DNA from: Bacteroidota bacterium
Lineage (GTDB): Bacteria > Bacteroidota > Bacteroidia > Flavobacteriales > Flavobacteriaceae
Reading direction: 5' to 3'
Assembly: GCA_039028295.1 (NCBI GenBank)
Contig: JBCCIJ010000023.1
Span: 1,322-65,321 of the forward strand
Length of the DNA: 64,000 bases
The notes beneath the pieces were generated by a model. That model worked only from the letters and a program-made list of their open reading frames with translations, was not told where the DNA came from and did not search any database. Positions 55,308-63,946 of the stretch are shown here, piece after piece (positions within the stretch are counted from its first letter, which is position 1; every line of letters starts with the position of its first letter). A program made the position numbers and the translations under genes.

Positions 55308-57330
55308 ATTCAGATAGTAACATGATGAGATGGGCTGCACTCCAGCTAAAATTTTGAGCGTGTAGCCCTTTTCCTGTAAGTGGATGATAGTTTTCTCTAA
55401 TGGCCTTTCCTTTACCTAATAAACCTTCAGCGCCTTCTAAAATTTGGGTTGTTGCTTTATCGGCTTCAGAATGGAATCCGTAATTACGTAAGCTTTTAAC
55501 TCCAAAATACGATTGATCCAACCAATTTGGCCCTCTCCAATATCCCTTGAGAGGGTCAAATTTTGGATGATCCGCACTCATCGTTTGAAAGGGAACTTTG
55601 GTGAAAAATTTAGCTGGATTCATCATTTTGTTTTTTACAGCTTCTGCTTGTTCCTGGCTCGCCGCATTAGCCCAAAGTGCGGTCCAACCTTCACTGCCCT
55701 CGCCTTTTATAAAAGATGTTCCTTTCAGATTAGTGTCGTAAAACCAGCCATCTTTTTCGTCATAGAATTGCTTTTGAATTTTGGCCTTCAGTTCCTGTGC
55801 TTCTTTTGTAAAAGTGGTAACATCGGCCTCAATTTGTAATTTTTCCGCTAACGTTATTAAGTATAGTTTTTCGGCATAGAGGTAGGCATTCAGATCGACA
55901 CTTTCTTGATCCAAGGAATAGGCTCCTTCAGCACTTTTTAAAATTTTGGAATTGTCAAAACGGATCGCGTTGTCCATACCACTTTCCCATTTCGCAGCTA
56001 TAAGTGTTCCGTCGGTCGAACCATACTCACAAAGACCATCTTTGTCATAATCCCGATAGTTGTACCACCATTGATGGTACTTTTTTAATTTGGGATAGAA
56101 TTCTTGGATGAATTCAATGTCCTGATCTTTTTCATAAATTTTGACCACTGCCCAAGCCGATAATGGAGGTTTGGTATCTCGATAGTTGTGATTTTCAATT
56201 AAAGTATCCCGAAACACACAATCTACAATAAAACCATCTTCCTTTTGGAAATCGAACATTAACTTCATCTGTTCTTTAGCCAGATTGGTGTTGTAATGAG
56301 ATAACCCAACGGCATGTTTCCAGGAGTCCCAGGACCAGAAACCATTAAACCACTTGTAATGATAGCTAGGAAATAAGCCTTCATGTTTAATTTCACCAGC
56401 TGGAATGCGCCAGTTGTTTTGAAGCGTTAAATGGGCTTTTATTAGGGCTTCAGCATATTTCTCTTCCTGAAATTGAGGCTTTCGATGGTTTATTAATGCG
56501 GTTAATTGAACGTCTTTTTCATTTTTTCTGACATGTAAAATTGAATCGAAAATTGAGTTTTCAATTAATTTTTGCTCTTCTTCCCAAGAATATTCTGGGA
56601 AAATAAAAGTTTGAGAGACTATATATTCTTTAGACGCATTGGCTTTTAGGAAAATAGTTTCAAAATTAGCTTTGTAATAACCAGTTGCCGTTTGTATAGT
56701 AACTGATTCCTCTGGAAATTTTATATACCCCTTGGCGGTGGATTTTTCAGAAGAAAATAGAATCGTTTCATCTTGGGCGGTGTTAGTAATACCTATATTA
56801 AACAACTCACCACTTACCGAAGGATGTAATGTAATGTCCCGCGAAGACACGTTTGTAACAGACATTTTTTGCAGGGTTGTGTGTCCGGACAGATAAAAAA
56901 CTTCTTGTTTTACACGAAGATTTTCGTTTTCATAGATCTGTTCAAGATGACTGGAAAAACCATGTTGTGATAGCATTGAGGTTTGCCAATCAATAAGCTT
57001 AGTATTGTTTTCCCCCCGTAACGTTAAATTTACAAGAGATTTACTGCTCCAAATTCCGTTTTGTTCGGTCATTAAAAATGGGCCAGAGAAACCCGAAATG
57101 TTCGAAGTGGAATCTGGAAGGCTATAGGCGAACCAAGCGCCCTGATCCGAGAACATTAAACCCGATTTGTCTGTAGGCGTTTTTGGAGTAACTCTGTAAT
57201 CCAGAATGTTTTTACTTCCGTTTAAATAGGTAAAAGAATTTGACTTGGTGTTGGTCGCACCTTTTTTAGAACATCCAATGAGAAGGGCAAAAAAGAAGCA
57301 GCATAAATAAATTAAGCGAATATTGATCAT
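55306..57330 (-). CDS. GH63/MGH1-like (YgjK-type) glycoside hydrolase lipoprotein
   Basis: Lipobox LIGC; FNGFWSWDSWK, TKPPL, WESGMDN, ESVDLN, YWRGPNW, ENYHP..NFSWSAA. Confidence 0.85.
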   Translation of the reverse strand: MINIRLIYLCCFFFALLIGCSKKGATNTKSNSFTYLNGSKNILDYRVTPKTPTDKSGLMFSDQGAWFAYSLPDSTSNISGFSGPFLMTEQNGIWSSKSLVNLTLRGENNTKLIDWQTSMLSQHGFSSHLEQIYENENLRVKQEVFYLSGHTTLQKMSVTNVSSRDITLHPSVSGELFNIGITNTAQDETILFSSEKSTAKGYIKFPEESVTIQTATGYYKANFETIFLKANASKEYIVSQTFIFPEYSWEEEQKLIENSIFDSILHVRKNEKDVQLTALINHRKPQFQEEKYAEALIKAHLTLQNNWRIPAGEIKHEGLFPSYHYKWFNGFWSWDSWKHAVGLSHYNTNLAKEQMKLMFDFQKEDGFIVDCVFRDTLIENHNYRDTKPPLSAWAVVKIYEKDQDIEFIQEFYPKLKKYHQWWYNYRDYDKDGLCEYGSTDGTLIAAKWESGMDNAIRFDNSKILKSAEGAYSLDQESVDLNAYLYAEKLYLITLAEKLQIEADVTTFTKEAQELKAKIQKQFYDEKDGWFYDTNLKGTSFIKGEGSEGWTALWANAASQEQAEAVKNKMMNPAKFFTKVPFQTMSADHPKFDPLKGYWRGPNWLDQSYFGVKSLRNYGFHSEADKATTQILEGAEGLLGKGKAIRENYHPLTGKGLHAQNFSWSAAHLIMLLSE

Positions 57331-57784
57331 TGTATTTATCCCTATTTTTCGAAATACGTTATAGCTCCTAATCCTTGAGGCATGTACATCTGGTTTCCCA
57401 ATGATATACTACGCCATTTTTCACAAATATAATTAAAAGCTCATACCTCCTTCGATTACAAGTATCACATTAAATGCGTCAAATTGCTTTGGATAAACCT
57501 GTCGAAAATGGCTTCCACAATGCTTAAAGAATTCAAAAGTAGCATAAGGCACGAATAAATAAGCAAGAGTGTCAAAATTCAACCCACCGTAATATTGTGA
57601 AAGTTGTCATTATCCAAGTAACATATTTCTATAAGATAAGTGCTAAAGGCTGTTCTGGAGTTTCTAATGCAATAACGACTCATATTTATCTAATGGTAAA
57701 TTTTTCACAAAACTTTCATCTTTTCCCGTTGGACTCGGGTCTAATAGCGGCGTATATTTTTAGCTATAAACCCCTATTTGTCTA

Positions 57785-58666
57785 TTGATTTACAGCGCTG
57801 GAAGATGCTCGATACGACTAAATAAAATTCAGAAAATGGAAAAAATTTACCGATATCGAGATGCTAGCTTACGATTATCTCATTATATAAAGAACTTTTG
57901 GACCATTGATAGAACTATCCAGACAACCATTAGCCGCGAAAAGATCATTCCCGATGGCTATTCGGAATTAATTTTTCATTCAGGAGATCTATTTAGGTCC
58001 AATTTTGGTGGATCTTGGGTGCCCAGTGATTTATACCTTCTTGCCGGTCAAATAAGAAAACCATATTTCATTGAAAACATCGGTAAATCCAAAATGTTCG
58101 GGATTAAGTTTCAACCTTGGGCGCTAACCGAACTATTCAACCTCGATATGTCGAAATTTGCCCATAAACGAGTGGAAATACCACCTGAACTGAGGGAAGT
58201 ACTTGAACCGGTTATAAGCATTGCCATTCAGGAGTTGTCGTTTGATCAGCAAGTGAATGAAATGGAAAACTGGTTCTCCAAATTTACTTCTAACAGAAAG
58301 CTGAATACATCCAGTGGGAGAGCATCCATAAAGCTAATTCTCGAAAATAAAGGCAACATAAGTTTAAAACAAGTCCGGAATGAAGTTGGTTGGAGCGAAA
58401 GGAGTTTGGAGCGCTATTTTAATAAATATGTTGGATTAACACCAAAACTATACCTTAGGATCATTCGATTCTCAACTGTTTTTGAATTGATAGAAAAAGG
58501 ACAAAACGATTGGGCAGATGTTCTTTTTCAAACGGGGTTTTATGACCAATCACATTTCATAAAGAACTTCAAGGAATTTGCCGGAGACTACCCCACAAAG
58601 TACAAGTTTACTGAAAACAGCCTGTCCAATAACTTTTTAAGAAAAAAGAATATCAGTTTTCTGTAA
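57785..58666 (+). CDS. AraC family regulator with DUF6597-like N-terminus (start may be later)
   Basis: IIPDGYSELIF, GIKFQPWA, SERSLERYF..GLTPK, GFYDQSHFIKNFKEFAG. Confidence 0.88.
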   Translation: MIYSAGRCSIRLNKIQKMEKIYRYRDASLRLSHYIKNFWTIDRTIQTTISREKIIPDGYSELIFHSGDLFRSNFGGSWVPSDLYLLAGQIRKPYFIENIGKSKMFGIKFQPWALTELFNLDMSKFAHKRVEIPPELREVLEPVISIAIQELSFDQQVNEMENWFSKFTSNRKLNTSSGRASIKLILENKGNISLKQVRNEVGWSERSLERYFNKYVGLTPKLYLRIIRFSTVFELIEKGQNDWADVLFQTGFYDQSHFIKNFKEFAGDYPTKYKFTENSLSNNFLRKKNISFL

Positions 58667-58726
58667 ACCGTTAAACCTGTTGGATCAATCTCCAAAGTGG
58701 GTAAGAAAATGTCGGTTGGAAAGTTT

Positions 58727-60007
58727 TTAGTTTGAAGCCTCAAAGTATTCCTTTTTAATTTTACTGAATAAGTAAGAGAGAAAACTCCTTTCCTCTAATA
58801 TCATTGACAGTTTCCCCGTCATCCCTTTTTGAACATAGGAGTGAAGCTTTCCATAGTCCTCGATCTCAACCTCAAATGGAAGTTCACCATCTGGATTTGG
58901 CGTTAGGCTTAGGTTTCTTACTTCTCCAGTGAGAAACCCCCAATCGTAATGTGGATAAGGAGTTAGTTTTAACTTAACCTCAACACTATCTCTAACCCTT
59001 CCAATTAGTGATGCCGGTATGGAGGCCACTGCTTTATAATATCTTGGGCCACTATATATCTTGAGCAATGGACTGTTTCTAGGGGTTGTTTTACCAGTGG
59101 GCCCTTTATAAGAGATCACTCCTTTTTTTTCGGCTTTAAGCACGATGCTGTTTCCGAGAATATCGAAGGCGCCGTAATGTTTTTTAATGAGATCCAGTAA
59201 ATAGTTTGCTTGATTTTTAAGAGACTGACTCTGGTTTGCAAAGGTTAATTCCAATTCTGAAGTAAGACTTGTTGACCGTTTTTTTTGTTCGTTCAAATTG
59301 GTTCTGGCAAACGCCAGATTGGCTATTTCCTTTTCATATTCGCTTTTGTTTGTAAGGTATTGGTTGAGGCCGGTATTGTAGTCACGTTCACTTTTTTCAA
59401 AATCGAATAGGGAGATGACCCCTTTTTCATAGAGTACTTTATTACGTTCGTAATCTGTGCTCAATAATTTAAAGTTATTTTCCAGTTCATTTATTTTATG
59501 AACTTTTGTCGTTTCAAGTTGCTCAATATTGAAATTTAAGGCGCTAACCTTATTGTCCAGCTCCTTGTTTACTCTATACCGTTGCTCCTTTCGAGCCAGA
59601 AGGACTAGAGAGTCTTGAGAACCCCGCATATCCAAATTAACCATTAAAGCTTTATAATCGGCCAGGAGTTGATTCAATCGAAGCCCTGAAATAATTGCTA
59701 TGGGGGTGCCATATTCTACACTATCGCCTACTTCTACAAAAAGAGAATCTATAATAATATTTTCATCGATCGTAATAATCTGCTCACTATTGAATTTATC
59801 CTCTATAACAAAACCCAATTCAAGTTGCCTGGGGATTTTAATGAATGATCCCAGTAGAATGAAAAGCAATATAATTGCCCCTCCGTAGTAAACCCATGTT
59901 CGTTTTATGTCATCCCGAACGTCGTCCAAAGGTACGTCCTCTTCAAAGAAAATATCTTCATACTGATGCGGCTTTAACCCTTCATATGCTTGTTTTTCCG
60001 TTTCCAT
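58727..60007 (-). CDS. HlyD-family membrane fusion protein
   Basis: Single N-terminal TM, VEVGDSVEYGTPI lipoyl-like motif, long coiled coil, YPHYDWGFLTGEV, KGMTG. Confidence 0.9.
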   Translation of the reverse strand: METEKQAYEGLKPHQYEDIFFEEDVPLDDVRDDIKRTWVYYGGAIILLFILLGSFIKIPRQLELGFVIEDKFNSEQIITIDENIIIDSLFVEVGDSVEYGTPIAIISGLRLNQLLADYKALMVNLDMRGSQDSLVLLARKEQRYRVNKELDNKVSALNFNIEQLETTKVHKINELENNFKLLSTDYERNKVLYEKGVISLFDFEKSERDYNTGLNQYLTNKSEYEKEIANLAFARTNLNEQKKRSTSLTSELELTFANQSQSLKNQANYLLDLIKKHYGAFDILGNSIVLKAEKKGVISYKGPTGKTTPRNSPLLKIYSGPRYYKAVASIPASLIGRVRDSVEVKLKLTPYPHYDWGFLTGEVRNLSLTPNPDGELPFEVEIEDYGKLHSYVQKGMTGKLSMILEERSFLSYLFSKIKKEYFEASN

Positions 60008-60008
60008 T

Positions 60009-62210
60009 TTATATATCTAAATACGTTTGCATATACTTATGATAGAGCCCCTTTCTTTCCATAAGTTTCGCGTGACTACCTTCCTCCTTTATGGTTCCAC
60101 GATCCATAACATAAATGGTATCTACTGTTGAGAGCGTGTTCATTCTGTGAGCAATGGTTATGATGGTTTTGTCCTTGAAGTGCGTATATAAATTGTTCAT
60201 GATTCCCTTTTCTGTTTGCACATCGAGTGCACTACTGGCTTCATCCAAAATAATTACTTCAGGATTAGCTAGAAACAATCGGGCGAAACCAATTTTAAGT
60301 TTCTCTCCACCCGAAAGATTGATCCCGTTATCACCAATACGCATATTATAACCTAGATAATTGGCTTTTATAAACTCGTGACAGTCCGCCAGTTTAGACG
60401 CCTCAATTATTTGCTCCATGTTCGCTTCGAGATTACCGTATTGAATGTTCTCCTTAATACTTGCATCGAACAAAAATATTTCTTGCGGGAAGAGATATAT
60501 CTTTTGGCGAAGTTCCGGAAGATAGATGTCTTTAAGGGATATACCGTCAATCAAGATGTGTCCTTGGTAGTCTACATACAGACCGGCTAACAGCTTTACC
60601 AATGTGGACTTGCCAGATCCATTGCGGCCCACAATCCCAATGTGCGCCCCTCTTTTAATTTTCATGCTTAGGTTGCTAATCACGTTCTTAGTTACCTCAG
60701 CATCATAGGAAAAATCTACATTTTTAAACTCAATCGTTTCAGCTTCAACTTGCTTATGGGCATTTAAAATATCCCTTGCTTCCTGATCCTGAATCAGGAC
60801 ATCATTAAGCCTGGTAAAGGTCACGGACAATTCGGTTATCATGAACCAAAGAGAAGAGGCGTTGTTCAACTTGTTCATGGCTAGGGTAAATATGCTTATA
60901 AATGCTACATATTGACCTATACTTATCTTTCCTTCAATGGCCGTATATGCACCTATCCAGTACACCAATATGTGACTTAAATAATAGAAAGCTTTTAGCA
61001 AAGTGCCTAACTTGATGTACATTTTTTCAGCGCTTTGCACTTTATTCAGGGCCTTCTTATACTTATTTTTCCAACTCCATATTTTGAGTTTTTCTATGCC
61101 GAGGAGTTTGATGGTTTGTATTCCCAATAAAGTATCCAGGAAGGACCCCATGGTTTTCAGATTTTCATAAAATATCTTAGTTTCCATTTGATTCAAAACT
61201 GGCGTAAATCGAATGATCATACCAATAAACAAGACCACAAAAATTAAAGCAATACCAGCTAAGGCTCCATTGTAAAAGAAGAGTACAACAACATATATAA
61301 ATACAAATAGTAAATCGACGAAGGCCTGTAATATAGAGGGAGACATGAGTCTTCTAATTTTCAGATTTTCCTGGAAACGTTGGATGAAATCTTCTCGTTT
61401 ATTCATATCAAAGAACGTTTGTGTGAGATGAATAAAATGGTTAAAGAACTTGCTGAAGAAATCTAACTCCAGCCTTACTTTAAGCTTGACGAGTAACAAA
61501 TCTCTCGTGTAATTGAGCATGACCTGGGAGAAAAAAATTATAATGAGCCCAATGAGAATGGCAAAAAGGAGTTTACGGTCATTGTATACCAATACCTTAT
61601 CTATAATTCCTTGAGCGAAAAAAGGAAGCGCTAATCCCAATAGTTGTAGCAGCAAACTAGCGACCAGAATTTCTGCAATTACTGCTTTAAATGGTTTTAA
61701 CAATGAATAATAAAAGTGTCTTTTTAAATTTTTCTTCCTCTCGCGATAGCGCTCAACAAGATCCATTACGTCCGGATTCTGAAAAACGTCTGGGGTGGGC
61801 TCCATCGTCATGATAATACCATTCCATTTTGTTTTGAAATCCTCCAAACCCAATTTTTCTTTTCCATAGGAAGGATCCGCTATCCAGATATGGGTTTTGC
61901 TCAGCTTGTAAATGACAACAAAATGATTGCCTTGATAATGTGCAATACAGGGAAGTGTGATCTGTTCAAAGTGATCAAACCCATCGAGCTTATAACCATC
62001 AGATTCAAATCCAAATTGGGTGGCGATCTCACTCAAGGCATACAAGTTAGTACCTTGTGTACTTACCTTTCCTAACTGAGCCAATAGCGCTTTGACATTG
62101 TATAGGCCATAAAACCGAAAGATCATGGCTAGGGAAGTGGTTCCACACTCCATCATGCTGGTTTGTTTGATGAACAAAAATTTGCTCTTCTTTCTATATT
62201 TTTTGTTCAC
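60009..62210 (-). CDS. C39 peptidase-containing ABC transporter (PCAT); probable GTG start at 62210, not 62345
   Basis: C39 motifs QTSMMECG, IAHYQGNH, IADP. TM domain. Walker A GRNGSGKST, signature LSGGE, IILDEASSALD, IAHR. The stretch from 62345 to 62211 overlaps a peptide gene and a terminator. Confidence 0.92.
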   Translation of the reverse strand: MNKKYRKKSKFLFIKQTSMMECGTTSLAMIFRFYGLYNVKALLAQLGKVSTQGTNLYALSEIATQFGFESDGYKLDGFDHFEQITLPCIAHYQGNHFVVIYKLSKTHIWIADPSYGKEKLGLEDFKTKWNGIIMTMEPTPDVFQNPDVMDLVERYRERKKNLKRHFYYSLLKPFKAVIAEILVASLLLQLLGLALPFFAQGIIDKVLVYNDRKLLFAILIGLIIIFFSQVMLNYTRDLLLVKLKVRLELDFFSKFFNHFIHLTQTFFDMNKREDFIQRFQENLKIRRLMSPSILQAFVDLLFVFIYVVVLFFYNGALAGIALIFVVLFIGMIIRFTPVLNQMETKIFYENLKTMGSFLDTLLGIQTIKLLGIEKLKIWSWKNKYKKALNKVQSAEKMYIKLGTLLKAFYYLSHILVYWIGAYTAIEGKISIGQYVAFISIFTLAMNKLNNASSLWFMITELSVTFTRLNDVLIQDQEARDILNAHKQVEAETIEFKNVDFSYDAEVTKNVISNLSMKIKRGAHIGIVGRNGSGKSTLVKLLAGLYVDYQGHILIDGISLKDIYLPELRQKIYLFPQEIFLFDASIKENIQYGNLEANMEQIIEASKLADCHEFIKANYLGYNMRIGDNGINLSGGEKLKIGFARLFLANPEVIILDEASSALDVQTEKGIMNNLYTHFKDKTIITIAHRMNTLSTVDTIYVMDRGTIKEEGSHAKLMERKGLYHKYMQTYLDI

Positions 62211-62258
62211 TGCACCAGGGTTTATTCCTTTCCTGTCTGGATGGTAAAAAGGGAGTGT

Positions 62259-62294
62259 AAAAAAAGGCCTCCAAATAAATGTTAGCCCTTTATT
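62259..62294 (-). terminator. Terminator-like hairpin after peptide gene 1
   Basis: Minus strand aataaagggctaacatttatttggaggccttttttt; identical to 62488-62524 except for one base. Confidence 0.65.
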
Positions 62295-62316
62295 AAAAAA
62301 ATAAGTCCTAAGTAAA

Positions 62317-62385
62317 TTAGTCGAACCATGGGTTTGATCCTCCATGGATTGACTGAGATTCTGTTTTCTCTAATTTTACCATCAT
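62317..62385 (-). CDS. Double-glycine precursor 1: MMVKLEKTESQSIHGG|SNPWFD
   Basis: Hand translation; leader fits L(-12)/E(-8)/I(-4)/GG; three paralogues nearby; adjacent to the PCAT. Confidence 0.85.
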   Translation of the reverse strand: MMVKLEKTESQSIHGGSNPWFD

Positions 62386-62418
62386 CAAATTTTTAAGGTT
62401 ATTAATAATTTAATCAAT

Positions 62419-62427
62419 TCAAATAAA
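62419..62427 (-). promoter_or_regulatory. TTTATTTGA motif upstream of peptide 1 (other copies at 62641-62649, 62781-62789, 63975-63983)
   Basis: Same 9-mer; 29 nt from the ATG in three copies and 34 nt in this one. Confidence 0.6.
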
Positions 62428-62487
62428 CAACTCTCAAGGCTTAAATAATTGTATAAATCCGACAGATACATTACTTTGAACGGCCAT

Positions 62488-62524
62488 AAAAAAAGGCCTC
62501 CAAATAAATGTTAGCCCTTTTATT
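62488..62524 (-). terminator. Terminator-like hairpin after peptide gene 2
   Basis: Near-exact duplicate of 62259-62294. Confidence 0.65.
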
Positions 62525-62546
62525 GAAAGTAGGTGTTCTTTTTTAA

Positions 62547-62612
62547 TTATGCAATCCACGGGCTCGCTCCTCCATTGATGGATTGGGCTTCATTTTTCTT
62601 TAGTTTTATCAT
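62547..62612 (-). CDS. Double-glycine precursor 2: MIKLKKNEAQSINGG|ASPWIA
   Basis: Hand translation atg ata aaa cta aag aaa aat gaa gcc caa tcc atc aat gga gga gcg agc ccg tgg att gca taa. Confidence 0.87.
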   Translation of the reverse strand: MIKLKKNEAQSINGGASPWIA

Positions 62613-62686
62613 TACCAAGTTTTTTTAAGTTAGTTTTTATTCAAATAAATAGCTCTTGCCCAAACAAAGAATGCCTGCTTGGTAAT

Positions 62687-62752
62687 TTAGTCGAGCCACG
62701 GATGGGCTCCTCCATTGATGGATTGAGCTTCATTTTTCTCTAGTTTTACCAT
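62687..62752 (-). CDS. Double-glycine precursor 3: MVKLEKNEAQSINGG|AHPWLD
   Basis: Hand translation atg gta aaa cta gag aaa aat gaa gct caa tcc atc aat gga gga gcc cat ccg tgg ctc gac taa. Confidence 0.87.
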   Translation of the reverse strand: MVKLEKNEAQSINGGAHPWLD

Positions 62753-62833
62753 TATCAAGTTTTTTAAGATTAATATTGAATCAAATAAACAATTTTTACC
62801 AATTAAATAATTGTAAGAAACCGTCTTTGATGG

Positions 62834-63670
62834 TTATCTGTAAGAGGCAACGAGCTCTCTATTGGAAGAAATGATTTGAGCATTATTATGATCTTCAGTA
62901 CCCGTGGGAGTTCCCCAGATAGGGGGACCGCCTATAATTTGATTAAATTCTGAATAAAGTACCTCTGGATTGGAATAATTTGGAATCACATTTGGCAAAA
63001 GAGCTCCTCCTCCTATCATAATAGTTCGTACGGAAACGCCAGGACTTACAAAGAAATCATAACCCTGTTCATGACGACCTCCAAAGTTGTGCCCCGTTTC
63101 ATGGGCAAAATACCATGTTGGATTCTCCATGGAAATGACCGAAAATCCGGTACTGGCATCCACTGGAAAGCTAGCGGCACCTCCCGGAGGATATTTGAGC
63201 AGTGTAACGAGATCTGCTGCATGATTGTCCCTCATGCGATGAACTTCATCAAGTATTCCGTCATTTGGATTTTGGAGCGGAGCTAAATCAACAAACCCTC
63301 CTTGCCCCATATAGTCTACTTCTGCCGAATGCACCAGGTTAAGATTAAGAGGGATTTCACTATTAGCGTATGCGAGGTTTGTCCAAGATACTATTTGATT
63401 CAGTAGTAGCTCCATGGCTTGAGTACCCCCAGCCGAATCCTTCGCTATGGAAGTGTAAACGATCATAATATCTACTTGGGTCTTTTCAATAGGATTCTTA
63501 GCAGGGCCATCTGTTGAAATGAGGCTGGCGTTTTTCACAAGAACTTCGTCTTCGTATAATTCGTTTTTTGCACAACCATGGTTCATCATTATTGATACTA
63601 GTAGCAGTCCTAATAATACTGGCCGCTTTAATGTATTTAAAAGGATATGTTCTTCAATATAATTTTTCAT
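62834..63670 (-). CDS. Metzincin (M12B/reprolysin-like) zinc metallopeptidase, probable lipoprotein
   Basis: HETGHNFGGRH (HExxHxxGxxH), Met-turn VRTIM, VDIMIVYT, YSNP; hydrophobic N-terminus ending HGC. Confidence 0.85.
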   Translation of the reverse strand: MKNYIEEHILLNTLKRPVLLGLLLVSIMMNHGCAKNELYEDEVLVKNASLISTDGPAKNPIEKTQVDIMIVYTSIAKDSAGGTQAMELLLNQIVSWTNLAYANSEIPLNLNLVHSAEVDYMGQGGFVDLAPLQNPNDGILDEVHRMRDNHAADLVTLLKYPPGGAASFPVDASTGFSVISMENPTWYFAHETGHNFGGRHEQGYDFFVSPGVSVRTIMIGGGALLPNVIPNYSNPEVLYSEFNQIIGGPPIWGTPTGTEDHNNAQIISSNRELVASYR

Positions 63671-63788
63671 AGTTTCCGCGCATTTATGTGGTCATCAACC
63701 AATTTTAAAGTTTAGTTGCTCTATAAGGAGTTGTAGTGTCTTTCATAGTTGTGATTTCTTTTTATTCAAATAATGGAAATAGGGCAAA

Positions 63789-63822
63789 AAAAAAGGCACA
63801 CAAATGAATGATGGCCTTTTTT
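63789..63822. terminator. Terminator-like hairpin after peptide gene 4
   Basis: aaaaaaggc..gcctttttt inverted repeat with a loop resembling the other two (caaatgaatg versus caaataaatg). Confidence 0.7.
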
Positions 63823-63880
63823 AAACAAAGAGCATAATGTTGTCTTTGTATTTACATGATTGAAGGAACTAACCTCCTCG

Positions 63881-63946
63881 TTACTCAAGCCATGGGCTCG
63901 CTCCTCCATTGATAGATTGAGCTTCAGTCTTCTTTAGTTTTACCAT
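63881..63946 (-). CDS. Double-glycine precursor 4: MVKLKKTEAQSINGG|ASPWLE
   Basis: Hand translation atg gta aaa cta aag aag act gaa gct caa tct atc aat gga gga gcg agc cca tgg ctt gag taa. Confidence 0.87.
   Translation of the reverse strand: MVKLKKTEAQSINGGASPWLE

Noticed and set aside
57420-57590. Open minus-strand frame ending ..VIEGGMSF, a possible fifth GG peptide
   Set aside because: It has no suitable start codon, no leader consensus and no PW core.
255-63286. Numerous 60-150 aa ORFs antisense or out of frame within long genes (e.g. 4357-4815, 44873-45400, 11575-11925)
   Set aside because: They are shadow ORFs overlapping well-supported genes and show no recognisable motifs.
63705-63746. 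13-aa minus-strand ORF MKDTTTPYRATKL upstream of the metalloprotease
   Set aside because: It has no GG motif and no similarity to the four precursors; ORFs this short arise by chance.
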